DNA of 62,913 nt, filler included, from Globobulimina sp. (GCA_003354225.1; 44 parts of 44 records of this genome joined end to end with filler, not necessarily neighbours in it), one strand, 5' to 3'. Positions 24,957-37,251 are shown, numbered from the whole stretch's first letter. Notes: generated by a model from the sequence alone, not told the origin. Made by a program: numbers and translations.

Positions 24957-25695
24957 ATGCTGATACAATATTTATTAAACGCTCTCATTAATGGAAGTAT
25001 AATAGCAATACTAGCAGTTGGTTTTGCAATAGTATATAACACTACAAGAATTTTCCATATAGCATACGCAGCTTTATACACTTTATCAGGATATTTGTTT
25101 TATCAGTTTTTCGAGATTACCGGAATGCCATTTATTATAGCTTTATTGTTAAGTATTATAATAACTTCCGGCGTAAGCCTTGCTTGTGACATATTGATAT
25201 ACAGACCACTGGCAAAACGAAACGTAGGGTTACATCCATTGATGATCGCATCTATTGGACTCCTTATCATCATAAACAATATTATAATCCTAATATGGGG
25301 GAATTCGCCAAAAATCATTACTCAATCCGAGCTACTAAACATTGGTGTATTTGGCATTGATAGCAACAGACTATTGTATTTTATTTCTTATCTCGCCGTA
25401 CTATCTATAATATTTATCATTCTGAAAAAAAGTCGATTTGTAACGGTAATGCGTGCCATCCGTGATAATCTAACTTTGTCATCTGTTTTGGGCCTTAATG
25501 TTTACAGTTATCGATCAAGGATATTTATTTTCTCAGGCATTATCATAGCATTTGTTGGATCGTTGCACTCATTTGATATTGGTGTTAATCCAGGTGCTGG
25601 ATTGCCAGTCTTTATATATGCTTTTATAGCCCTGATAATTGGTGGAATAGGACGATTTGAGGGACCAATTCTAGGTGGATTTTTCATAGGTTTCC
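24957..25695 (+). CDS. livH: Branched-chain amino acid ABC transporter permease, 3'-truncated (bacterial)
   Basis: QYLLNALINGS..A.LAVGF.IVY.TT.IFHIA, RPL, MRA..DN...S..LG.N and FIALIIGGIG...G...GG; no introns. Confidence 0.9.
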
Positions 25696-25795
25696 NNNNN
25701 NNNNNNNNNNNNNNNNNNNNNNNNNNNNNNNNNNNNNNNTTAATTAATTAANNNNNNNNNNNNNNNNNNNNNNNNNNNNNNNNNNNNNNNNNNNN

Positions 25796-27127
25796 AAACC
25801 ATACCTCTCCCTCCTTACCGCCACTAAAGCCACTAAAACGTGGCCTGAACAAATCAGATCGGGCCAAATCATTTGGCCTCAAACAATCCGAAGAAGTCGA
25901 CAGCGACTTTGAAGATTTTAACCTAAACACCTTAAACTCCAAAAAAAAGGGAAATCGGCGCAAATCGGCCGCCTCCTTCGAAGTCAGCCAGAAAGATTTC
26001 AAAATCAAATGGGAGAGAGCCAACAACAAAACGCATGAACTCAATCGTACCATCACCGACCAACAATACACCATCAACAATTTAAAGCACGAATTGCGTA
26101 AATATACCAAACTCGACCACGACCACATTATGACCACCGACAAGCACTACCAACGTACCATCAAACACAAAGGGAAGGAAATTGCCAATTTACGGCGCAG
26201 ACTCAAATTGGCCATCAATGACTACGAGAAAGTGTACGGATATTACCAAAAACAGCTAGATTTATTCAAAAAGAACCAACAAAAATGGCTCAATGAGCAG
26301 AAAGCCAACAACCGAGATGTGACTAAATTCGTATTCGCCGATGATGTCAGACGCATAAAACCGCGCAAGAAAGGCGTGCGGATCTACTTTGGTGATGGCG
26401 AGGATGTGATCTTTGACAATATTGAGGTGCTACGGGGTAAGGACTACAATGACGACGATGATTACAGGAACATCATCAAAAAGGCACGGCAGGCCGCGCC
26501 GGTGTCGCAGGAGGAGAAGAAGCGAGATATTGTGATTGAAGTGTTGGACGAGGACGATATGATTATATTGTGCTTGAATGAGCTGACTGCGCGGCTTCGT
26601 GACTTCAAACATAAGCACGAAGGCGAGGTCTATGCGAGGAAGATCGCGGAGAGATACAAAAAATTGCCTATCTATCACGTGGATGATGACTATTTACGTC
26701 TGTTGAAAACGAATAATAATTCCTGGCCCAAGCTGTTCACCGCTGCGCGTAACGGGAATGGCCATGGCAACGTAGGTAATGGCACTAAGATGAAGGTGGT
26801 GGTCAATGGCAAACGTAAGGGCAAATTTGGCGGCTTTTTCAGCGCGCAAAAGGAGATGAAATTGGGCAAACAGCCGACGATTTGCGTGCAGAATAACGTG
26901 ATATTGAATAATATTAACAATCATAGCAAGGATCCGCGGGTGCCGTACTCGACACATTTGCAGGAACGGATTGATATCGCCGTGTTAGAGAATGGCGAGT
27001 TTAAAATGGCGGCGGAGAGTCAGAATGATGGCAAGGACGAAGATTTGAAGGGGTTGCAGGATGTGAGTGTGTTCAATGGCTGGTTCACGGCACAGATTGA
27101 GATGAATCAATATAATAAGCAGCCCTC
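25796..27127 (+). CDS. Hypothetical coiled-coil protein, internal fragment
   Basis: Open frame across the contig with GC-richer codon usage; no family recognised. Confidence 0.6.
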
Positions 27128-27227
27128 NNNNNNNNNNNNNNNNNNNNNNNNNNNNNNNNNNNNNNNNNNNNTTAATTAATTAANNNNNNNNNNNNNNNNN
27201 NNNNNNNNNNNNNNNNNNNNNNNNNNN

Positions 27228-28089
27228 ATTTATATATGGTAATTTTGTTCCATATGAATATGACGCAAATAATATTCATCAATATAACAAAACATATGAT
27301 ACCGGATATGTGTTGTATAGAATTGCCATTCCTGAGAATGAAACAGCAAATAATATTTATACAAATACAACACAAAAAGTATATATGTTACAACCAAAAA
27401 ATGCAACAGGAAACAGACCAAAAAAAGGATATCAAGTATTTAGAATGGATGAATATTCGGCGCACAATATTAATGAAAGCAGTATCTACCAAACACCATT
27501 GAACCAATACGCAAATGATTTAATTAAATATATATCATCTACCTATAATTATACATTTATCAATCAAACTGTGATTGGACCGTGGCCACCAGGCAGCGCA
27601 CCAACTGCTTGCAATGTGGTTGTTGCGCTTGAATTAAATAGAAATATTGGCGGAAATAATTGCGATGACACATATAATCAAATAAATAGTGAGTGCAACT
27701 TGAATGAAAGTGTATATTATATGGCAGTGGGTGTAATGCATTCAAATCCGGATATTGCACAAACTACATATTCAAATATTGTTTATTATGATAAAATAAT
27801 TCGATTATTTGAAGCTGATCCGGTGATTAATTGTTTTGAATATAATGGATCCGGATTAATATTACCGGTTCACACCAATGTTGAAGAGAAATATTTAAAA
27901 AATATATTTGTTGTGCAGATTGCTAAAAAGATACATTGTATTGAAAATTTACCAGGATTATGTTTACAAGATAGAAAAAGCGCGGCCGTTGTTACTATAC
28001 GGAATTATTTGAATCCAACTACTAAAACAGCACCGATCTCTACTCAGTTAGTAAAAACTATTTGGTTAAGATTCGATGCTTGGCACTAA
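27228..28089 (+). CDS. Hypothetical, probably extracellular protein, C-terminal fragment
   Basis: Open from the contig start to TAA at 28087-28089; several N-glycosylation sequons and Cys residues. Confidence 0.6.
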
Positions 28090-28214
28090 TTATACAGTAT
28101 TAATAATATTTGTAAGTATATAAGTTATAATAAAAAACACCAATAAAAAAAATGCATGCGCAAACATAGAAATTATAATAAAAACAAAACAAAACATGTA
28201 CAAACAAGACTATA

Positions 28215-28559
28215 TTATGGCATTTCCGAATCAGCGCTATCTCCACCACCATAACTCAACACAACATTCAATATTCCTTCCAATTGCGTACCAATTTGTT
28301 CATTTTGTTGATTATCTGTACCGATTTGTTGATTATCTGTACCAATTTGTTGATTATCTGTGTCAGTGTCCCTTTGTTTACTCAATGAAGAAGTGTCAGT
28401 ACGCGATGATTCACGAAAGCTGAACGCAATACGGAGTGGTTCCGGTTTTTCCATTAAATCAATATTCATTTCTTCCATTTCTTTTAATTCTGGCATTGAA
28501 TCAATATCTTTTGGCATATATCTTTCCGTTTTCATTTCAATTCCATCATAACAATCATC
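28215..28559 (-). CDS. Acidic protein C-terminus with 21-bp coding repeats (TDNQQIG)
   Basis: ORF containing about three TDNQQ units. Confidence 0.5.
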   Translation of the reverse strand, partial: DDCYDGIEMKTERYMPKDIDSMPELKEMEEMNIDLMEKPEPLRIAFSFRESSRTDTSSLSKQRDTDTDNQQIGTDNQQIGTDNQQNEQIGTQLEGILNVVLSYGGGDSADSEMP

Positions 28560-29285
28560 NNNNNNNNNNNNNNNNNNNNNNNNNNNNNNNNNNNNNNNNN
28601 NNNTTAATTAATTAANNNNNNNNNNNNNNNNNNNNNNNNNNNNNNNNNNNNNNNNNNNNTTGCCGTGTTTTAAATTCACATTCTAAAGCTGACGGTTCTC
28701 GTCCGCCTGTATACAAAATAAAATACAAATTGTATCATTTGCTTTGCAGTTAATTTGTATTTGGGTTTGGTTATATATATATGTATACCTAATTTAAACT
28801 CCACGCATAAACCGATGATTTTTTCAAATTATAAAGTGGATGATTAGATTTTGTAGCATCCCAACCTACGCGCGTTATTTCTTTAGCTAAAAGCAATTTA
28901 TGAGCCGGCGCTACAATCAAATATTTGCGTCGTTTTGCATTATTTGGATTCATATTCAAATCTAAATTTACAATCTCATTTGCGTCATTATTTTTGTTTT
29001 GCCTTACGGGATGGCAGATATTGTTGCATTGTAAGGATGGCAGATCGTATTTGTGTATGGGTTTGTTAATTATATAAACAAACCAAAGTAAAATAGATAC
29101 ATTGGTCCATCGTTTCACGCCGTTCATTAGAGTACGTCCAACTAAAAGTATGTCCAACTAAAATGTCTAAGAGGATTGCTTGCCAGCAGTGTGGATTAAT
29201 AAAAGTCCTCACTCTATTGTCTCTACTGTCTCGTCATATGGTTTATAACTCATTTGAAAAATAAACCGCCACATGCAACAAAAAT

Positions 29286-29352
29286 TGTCGCATAGCTCAA
29301 GTAGAGCACTGGATCAATCCAGAAGATACAGGTTCGAATCATGTGGCGACAG
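29286..29352 (+). pseudogene. tRNA-like sequence lacking an anticodon (tRNA pseudogene or SINE head)
   Basis: Acceptor TGTCGCA/GGCGACA, D arm GCTC-AAGTA-GAGC, anticodon stem CTGGA/TCCAG with only a 4-nt loop (TCAA), T arm ACAGG-TTCGAAT-CATGT. Confidence 0.8.
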
Positions 29353-29418
29353 CAATCATTATGTAATGGATAGAAAAGAATGATTTTATGGAATGGATGA
29401 GTTTGGATAGAAAAAAAT

Positions 29419-29602
29419 GTATAATCCGACGGCGCCTCACAATGAAACTATATCCAAACGGCGCCTCACAATGGAATAATATCAACAGCGCCAAGCAATG
29501 AAATAATATCCAAACGGCGCCCAGCAATGGAATAATATCAACGGCGCCAAAGCAAAGAAATAATATCCAAACGGCGCCAAAGCAATGAAATTCTCCAGCG
29601 GT
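29419..29602. repeat. Minisatellite of ~27-30-bp units with a GGCGCC core (~6 copies)
   Basis: AATATCCAAACGGCGCC(A/T)..CAATG(A/G)AAT in tandem, with no unique spacers. Confidence 0.9.
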
Positions 29603-30091
29603 GCTGTGGTGATACAACACCACCAAACTGATGAAAGGAATGAAGGAAAAAATTGAAAAAAAAAAAAGAAAAAGATGGTGGTCTGGGATGACCACAACTG
29701 AAAGAAAAAATTGGAAAAATGAAGGAAAGCATTTAACACACTTTCTTTACATTTATTAAATAGTACAACTCCACTTGGTGTTAGCTTTTGCTTTAAAAAC
29801 GTCTTAGTACAACTTTGTTGTTATGACGATTAAACACTGTCCCCTTTGGGTAAAATTCAGTGTCTATTTAATTAAATTTGAAAGTGTCTTGTTTACTCAC
29901 TCATTTTTGCATCAAACTGACCTAATAATGGTTGCCTGAATTGACGTGGTTTAAATCCACATTCTAAAGCTGACGGTTCTCGTCCGCCTGTNNNNNNNNN
30001 NNNNNNNNNNNNNNNNNNNNNNNNNNNNNNNNNNNTTAATTAATTAANNNNNNNNNNNNNNNNNNNNNNNNNNNNNNNNNNNNNNNNNNNN

Positions 30092-31422
30092 ATGCCAACC
30101 GGAATAACATGCAAAATTTCATCTTGTTTAATTTGTGCATTTTGAATCAGCTCATACTCACTTTCCGTGAATGCCTTTCTTTCTGTTTCCAATTCAATAT
30201 ATTCCAAATAGAACCGCAGCATTTCAACAATAATCCGATACTCATTATCTTTGATGGCAAAATAATTTAATTTTTGTAAGTTAAAATTTGTTGTTTTCTC
30301 TCTCAATTCGTACATAAATAGATTATAATATGCAAATGGCGAATAATTATGCGATTTGCCTGTAAATAGTTTGTGTGTTTTTGCATCGTAATTCATAGCA
30401 AACATTCCACCAAAATCAATTAAATAACAAATTCGTTCTTGTTTGACATTATGGCGTGGATAGACCAATATATTTACGCCATTTATATCGATGTGATAAT
30501 AATTAAACAAATGCAGCCGTTCCAAGCCAATCATTAATTCATTGTAACAATTCACTAAAAAAGGAATCAAACCATGGTCGAATTCGAATGATGGCGGATA
30601 ACTTTTCTGTATCATACCTTCGAATGTTTTGACATTCTCGATTTGCTCCATAATTAAAATACATTTTCTTTCCGTTTTCCGAGTAAATCTGTTTGTTTCT
30701 CGCCATTCTATCCATGGGATTAATACATGCAAATCTGTTAAATAATACATTTCCATGTTTGAGGCGGATTGAATATTTTTCATGATATTGTATTCAAACT
30801 GTAATATGTTACATGTCTCATTATCTATGCTATGTTTTATGGCATATTTCTTCTCATTCATTCTATTCATATCAATATTTAACGGCAATACATCTTCATT
30901 TAAACGTGCAAATTCAATGGAAACTGATAATATTTGTCCATGATTTCCTGAACCAATCATATCATGGATATCAAAAAATATTTTCTCAGATAATGTGCAT
31001 TTTCCTTCTCTGCTATCTTTATTTATCGATGAGATGCATTCACTAAATGACAAATAATCTTTTTCTGTTACAAAATGCAATTATTTATTTGGCGTAATAT
31101 CATCATAAGGGTTTCTATACAAATTGTGGCTTTTTTGGCTTTGCTCATAGTTTTCAATATGTTGATGAATATGAATAGTTTCTGTATCTTGCACAATATG
31201 CTCCATTTCAGAGCTTGGCGAAGAGGACAATGCTTTTCCATCGGTATTATTATTATTAATATTATTATCATTATTTGCAGGATATTGAGGCGAATTGGTT
31301 GTAATCATAATGGTGGTTTGTCTCCACACAAACAAAGAATTGCCATACAATAATAAAATACATAATATTACGAAACAAATTACAAATATTGTTTTCCAAC
31401 TTAAACTGCGAGAGCGTGCCAT
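30092..31422 (-). CDS. Protein kinase with N-terminal signal anchor; candidate intron 31043..31120 removes an in-frame TAA; 3'-truncated
   Basis: IGSGNHG, YAIK, alphaC E, YHIDINGVN and LIDFG motifs; the upstream in-frame ORF encodes the TM segment IFVICFVILCILLLY. Confidence 0.8.
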
Positions 31423-31635
31423 GNNNNNNNNNNNNNNNNNNNNNNNNNNNNNNNNNNNNNNNNNNNNTTAATTAATTAANNNNNNNNNNNNNNNNNNNNN
31501 NNNNNNNNNNNNNNNNNNNNNNNCTCTAATTTAAAGAATCTATTTTTCTGTAAAGAGCACGTATAGAGGTTATATTTTTTGTGCAAGGATAATTTTACAA
31601 TTTGTATATGAGGGAAAAAATGCGAATTTTTAAAA

Positions 31636-32438
31636 TTATATTATTTGATGGTCACTATCTTCACTATCTGAAATTACATGGCGTATTAAATTAATATCAC
31701 TGCCATTTTGATGTTTATATTTCTCCATTTGATCCCCATAATTATTATAATTATCCAATTGTTTATAAACATGAACAAAATGCCACAATGCATATAATAA
31801 AAAGATAGAACATGAATAAAACAAATGCCATGAATAGGTTCTAAGAACAATGTCATTGAAAGCTACCAATGATACAAACGACAGCGTATAACACGAAATA
31901 TACAAAAATAATAAGAAACTGGCACAACTTTTTGCTACTTTTATCTGTCTCAAATAATAAATAATTACAACTGTAGATATTACAACAATCGATAGTATCC
32001 ACCATGGATAGATTGAATATATAATTCCATCAACAGGTGACACTAAACATACACTCAAATAAAATGGAATTATTAAGAATGTATAAATTAAACAATGTAT
32101 CAAGTTCCACGGCCAATCATTACTAAACATTTTAGCATCGATCAATACGGCAGATAATAAAAACATGGCTGACATCACCCCACAAAATGCGTATAATGCA
32201 GACATATATTCATTTTCGTAACTTTGTGAACCTGAAATTGGAACAATATTATCCCATAACACAAAAAAAGGCTTCGTCCCATAAAATATATATAAAAAAG
32301 TCCATGGGATAGTACTTTTTACATTGAATCGTTTTCCCTGCATTATCACCAATAGCGCGCAAATATAACTACAAACCGTAGTGGCTATCCCAATCAGCAC
32401 AAGTCCTACGGTCATCTTACTTATATTGCCCGACCACA
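31636..32438 (-). CDS. Multi-pass (~7 TM) membrane protein
   Basis: About seven hydrophobic segments; SWH near the last helix weakly recalls the CREST superfamily. Confidence 0.6.
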
Positions 32439-32504
32439 TGCTTTGCTTTGCAGACTTTTTTTTTAGTGAAGTGGAGAAACGTTTTACTGAAATAACAATC
32501 CGAA

Positions 32505-32855
32505 ATGTCAATGTCAAACACGTCTAAATCTCTCAAAGTATTTGGTGCAGTCTGTTTTTTATTTGTGGCACGTCGCCAATATTTGAAATTATATCGAAAA
32601 TTCAAGAATTATCCACCTGGCTCATGCAGTCCCCTTCAATGTTTATTACAGTTTGCTCTCAATCCAACACAATTTTTATTTAACATTGGGAAAAAGCACG
32701 GAGCCGTAGCAACAGTACCAATTGGAATTTGCACCAATATATTCATCAACGATGCTCATTTGGCTCAAAAAATACTTAAAAACGAATCATCATTAAACAG
32801 ATCGAAAATGATCATATCACAAACTCGCGCATCTAACTCATGAATTTTGCCATTA
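32505..32855 (+). CDS. Cytochrome P450 N-terminal fragment (stop at 32841-32843 may be a frameshift)
   Basis: Membrane anchor, basic hinge, NYPPG proline motif and KKHG....IFIND..LA..IL. Confidence 0.7.
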
Positions 32856-33657
32856 NNNNNNNNNNNNNNNNNNNNNNNNNNNNNNNNNNNNNNNNNNNNT
32901 TAATTAATTAANNNNNNNNNNNNNNNNNNNNNNNNNNNNNNNNNNNNNNNNNNNNGACATCATTTTCAATTAAAGGACCATCCCATTTTACCATGATTAT
33001 TGATACAACGTTAATTATTGACTGGTCTTTTGAAATTCCGCTATTTTATTCAAAAAAGAAACACATTGATAAAAGGATATTTATATTTATGGCAAATGGT
33101 TTGTCTTCAAATGTGCACATTCATTATAAACATATGGATGATGAGATTGATTATGATATGTTGTCAAATATTATTAATGATGAAAAACCTGTTCAGTCAG
33201 AAACGATATTTTGGTTAAAAACATCGAATAGCAATAAAGAATTTAGTTTTATATTTTGTGGACATCATATAAATGGAGAATATGCACGCAATAAAAATAG
33301 ACAAATAGCAATAGTAAAAAATCAAATTATTGGTAAATTACCAAATTGGGTTGATGCGTTATGGTGGATATCTGAATTGGTTCAAGTCAAAATTCCTGTG
33401 GTGTAAAACCAGGTTGTCTTTGTAATCCTGCTAACACTTTTTGAAATACTCAATTTAAAGAGCACCCTTTTTGATATCGCGTTTGGAAATAAAATATATG
33501 AGAGGTCATCTCCGAACAAAATGCGGATTTACGGATTTTAAACAGACTGCGCTATATTTAGATTCACAAAACTCAGCTAGTATATACTACTTAGCGACCA
33601 GGGGTTGTAATCTTTGGAATATACGTTAAGTCGTCTGTTTTCAATCTAGATTCTGAA

Positions 33658-34287
33658 ATGTCTCAACGTAAATATCGCCAAAAATACCACAATTTTGAGG
33701 AAGAGGAGAAAAAACAGAAAGAGGAAGAAGAATATGTTGTAGTCTCATTTGGTAAAAATGACAAAGTTCAAACAGGCCATGATCATCATGTAACAAATTA
33801 TGTTATAACAAATAAAAACATCTATAAACCACAAATTGTTAAATTCTTATTTGATAAAGTCACAAATCCTATTTATATTACAGCAGGATTTGATGATTCG
33901 GGTTTTATTGATGATTCAGGCAATGTGATATTATGCGGAGATAATACAAATAATCAGATCTCAAATTATAAGAATTTTCCATATTTAGGGCCACATTGTT
34001 TATCATTATCAAATAAAATTAAACAAATTGCATTAACATCAAATAGTTCATTATTTTTAGATAAAATAGGAAGAGTTTGGAGTGTTGGTGGCGCAAACAA
34101 TGGCGATTTATTGTTAATGGAATTTGCATTTAGCAATAATTACAACAATAAATACAATGAATACATTAATTACATATGTTGTGGATATCAACATTGTGGA
34201 GCAATATCAAATTATCATAAACTATATGTTTGGGGAAATAATAAATATTCACAGTTAGGATTCAGCAGCAAAAATAATTACATTTCA
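33658..34287 (+). CDS. RCC1-repeat protein, 5' fragment
   Basis: Repeated ITAG..S.FID..G.V..CG.N..NQ and ICCGYQH......LYVWGNNKYSQLG blades. Confidence 0.88.
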
Positions 34288-34387
34288 NNNNNNNNNNNNN
34301 NNNNNNNNNNNNNNNNNNNNNNNNNNNNNNNTTAATTAATTAANNNNNNNNNNNNNNNNNNNNNNNNNNNNNNNNNNNNNNNNNNNN

Positions 34388-35719
34388 ATCTTTGTGCCAA
34401 TGTGCCATTTCCTGGGTTCCAGTTATTTATTAGGCGCATTTTTAGCTGGTTTGTGTTTTTGTACCGACCATACTATTCATATCGTGTGGCATCATCAAAT
34501 TAAGCGTGTATTACAGTGGATGTTACGTATATTCTTCGCGGCCACCATTGGCTTTGCGATCCCCATTCGAGATTTCACCAATGGTACGGTGATCGCACGC
34601 GGTGTGGTGTACTGCTTATGTGACATTGGAAAAATAGTTACCGGCTTTTTTGCGCGTCCATTGACTACGAAAGAATTTTTTACGGTGGGATTTAGGTACT
34701 TATATACTCTCAAACTTGCATTTATAACACAAAAAAAGCCCAAAACTCTCAAGCTTGCTCTGCCACTGAGTGACTTCAAAGTTTTTACTTAAAGTCATCC
34801 TTCCATGCCATGTCAGCTTAACACTTAATAACATCTACGTTTTGATGTCTACACAGTATGAGCGCTTGGGGCGAATTTGCCTTTATTTTGGCCACCGCCT
34901 CGTACGCAGAAGGCACCATCGACCAACAATCATTCAGTTCCATCTTATTAGCAGTCTTATTATCCGTCATCTTGTCGCCGTACGCGCTCTCTTTCTGCAT
35001 CAAATACTACGAAAAGCAGGCTCAAAAACGCATGGATGACAACATCAAACAGTATGAAGACACCAACCTCCATCCCGTCTACTTTGCCATCAACACCAAA
35101 GCGCGCGGCCAATGGGGCCATCAGGACAAGTTATTGCACCGTATCTTCACGTTAGGCTTCGAAATCATCGATTTCCGTTCGTGGCATGCGCCAGAATACA
35201 ACTACTCGCATCACGAGCCTCTGACCAAAGAGTCCTTCTACGTCATGGACACCAAAATGGCTTTGCCGCCCACCAAGCACTTGGACGCTGCGGAAAAGAC
35301 CGAGTTAATGGACCGCGTGAAGGCGATCCGCAGCGATTTCCGCGACGCGTTGGGCGAGAAAGCCGTGATTAACATCAAGCGATGGTTGCCGGGCGTGACG
35401 AAAAGCGACGACCAGTTGGAGCCCACCGACGATTATGTCAAGGCTATGTTTGGCGGAGAGTACAAACCAAAGCACAAAAAGACCGCAGATTACTGCCGTA
35501 CCGCGGCCTTTAAACAGGCGCATAGCATAATGAGTGTGTTTGAGCGGAAGAACACTTTGGAAGATTTGGCGCGGCGCTCCAAGGCCAGTTTGCATTCGAT
35601 GTATTCTGTGCGTTCGTTGGATGACGACCGGAAGCGGACTATGGAGGAGTTGGGGAACATCATTTCGTTGACCAATTTGTTTGCGACTTCGCCTGAAGGC
35701 ACGGAGCCCCGGGAACAGT
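34388..35719 (+). CDS. CPA2 cation/H+ antiporter with soluble C-terminal domain, fragment; intron 34696..34856
   Basis: GSSYLLGAFLAGL, IFFAATIGF, GK..TG and spliced GFS|MSAWGEFAFILA motifs. Confidence 0.88.
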
Positions 35720-36241
35720 NNNNNNNNNNNNNNNNNNNNNNNNNNNNNNNNNNNNNNNNNNNNTTAATTAATTAANNNNNNNNNNNNNNNNNNNNNNNNN
35801 NNNNNNNNNNNNNNNNNNNACGGGAGTATGTTTAGCCATTCTTTGTTGAAAAATTAAAAAAAAAACACTTTGCAGTGACCTAAAGTACGCGTTATAACAT
35901 CATGTCGCAACCAAACAAAACTCGCACAAGTGTGATTAAAAGGGTCTGTGGTGATCATGAGCCTGTTGAGGAAGAATATCAAACAGATTGGGTGACTAAC
36001 GTGAATGTTGTGCTGTAATAATTGTTTGTGATCGGAGTTATTTCCTACTACCCAGGCATCCAAAAGCTAGTTTGTTGTTCATTTTGTTTTAAAATGTAAT
36101 TTTTAAAAAAATAGAAAGGAAAATAAAATAAAATTTGACACTATATAACACAAAATTAAAAAAAAAACGTTAATTTGTAGTTGACTTTTTAGGCTTAAAC
36201 TTCTAAACACTTCTTTTCTGATTGGCAAGGTTTTTGGGTTA

Positions 36242-36321
36242 GCTAGAGTGGTTTTCAACTTTGAATACTAGGATTCGAAACCTAGGTCAACTTCGAATAC
36301 TAGGTTGAAAACCACTCTAGC
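36242..36321. mobile_element. 80-bp MITE-like element with perfect 18-bp terminal inverted repeats
   Basis: GCTAGAGTGGTTTTCAAC ... GTTGAAAACCACTCTAGC; the interior repeats GAATACTAGG. Confidence 0.6.
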
Positions 36322-36519
36322 CACGTGACTAAAATCGATTCAAGATTCATATTTGAACTCATCTTGCTATTTGAAGGGATGGTATTTGTTTGAGGGTGAC
36401 TTTGAGCTAAAAACTCAGCATACAAATACAAAAAATAAAACCATTCGAATATCTATTAATTGTAATTAAAAGCACAAAACAAAAATATTACAACAATTAT
36501 ATATGAAATACACCAATCA

Positions 36520-37151
36520 CTATCCTTCTTGTCCATATTCATTCGTCCAATCGATATGCCGTTTAATATCCTCTTTACCCACCGACGGTTTTGCGTCCGC
36601 GAGTGTCCGCAAAAAATGCGCCAATTTTAGATTCTCCGCACGCACATAATTCTGCTCATCATCCGGTATCTCCATAAGCGACATCTTCCGCGCATTGGGG
36701 GTTGCGGGCGAGCACGGCAACCAAATATAAGGACACTTCTGCTCAGGATCCGAGCACTTGACAAAGTGAGTCGCAGTTTGCATGGTCCTCACCGGCTCCA
36801 TAAGCGCGTCCTGAACCACTGCCGATATATCAGAGCCACTAAAACCATCCGTCCGCTCCGCCATGATCGAGTAATCCTGATCCTTTAACGAATTCGGCGT
36901 CGATCCGACATGGATCTTGAACATAATTTGCCGCGCCTCCTTCTCTGGTAACGGTATATATATTCTCTTGACAAATCTTCGCCGGATCGCAGGGTCCAAA
37001 TCCTTATCCAAAGCAATCACACAATGTATCATACAAAACATACACAAAAATACAGTCATACCCAAGGACAGTTAGTGGCACCCAACGTCAATACGCCTTT
37101 CGTATCCTTGCCGACGCCTTGCATTTGCACCAAAAACTCAGTCTTTATTCT
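36520..37151 (-). CDS. VPS4: AAA ATPase VPS4, C-terminal part, intron 37003..37061
   Basis: [45 protein letters not shown] beta-domain and C-terminal EYGQEG. Confidence 0.96.
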
Positions 37152-37251
37152 NNNNNNNNNNNNNNNNNNNNNNNNNNNNNNNNNNNNNNNNNNNNTTAAT
37201 TAATTAANNNNNNNNNNNNNNNNNNNNNNNNNNNNNNNNNNNNNNNNNNNN

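Noticed and set aside
29419-29602. Palindrome-containing ~29-bp repeats as a CRISPR array
   Set aside because: Units abut directly with no unique spacers, and no cas genes are present.
31081-31083. In-frame TAA as evidence of stop-codon reassignment
   Set aside because: TAA, TAG and TGA all terminate well-identified genes here (P450, VPS4, CSN7, CLN3), and a plausible intron removes this one.
31524-31630. Similarity to 33448..33530 (TAAAGAGCAC, TATATGAG, AAAATGCG)
   Set aside because: Only short words in AT-rich DNA; not convincing without an alignment statistic.
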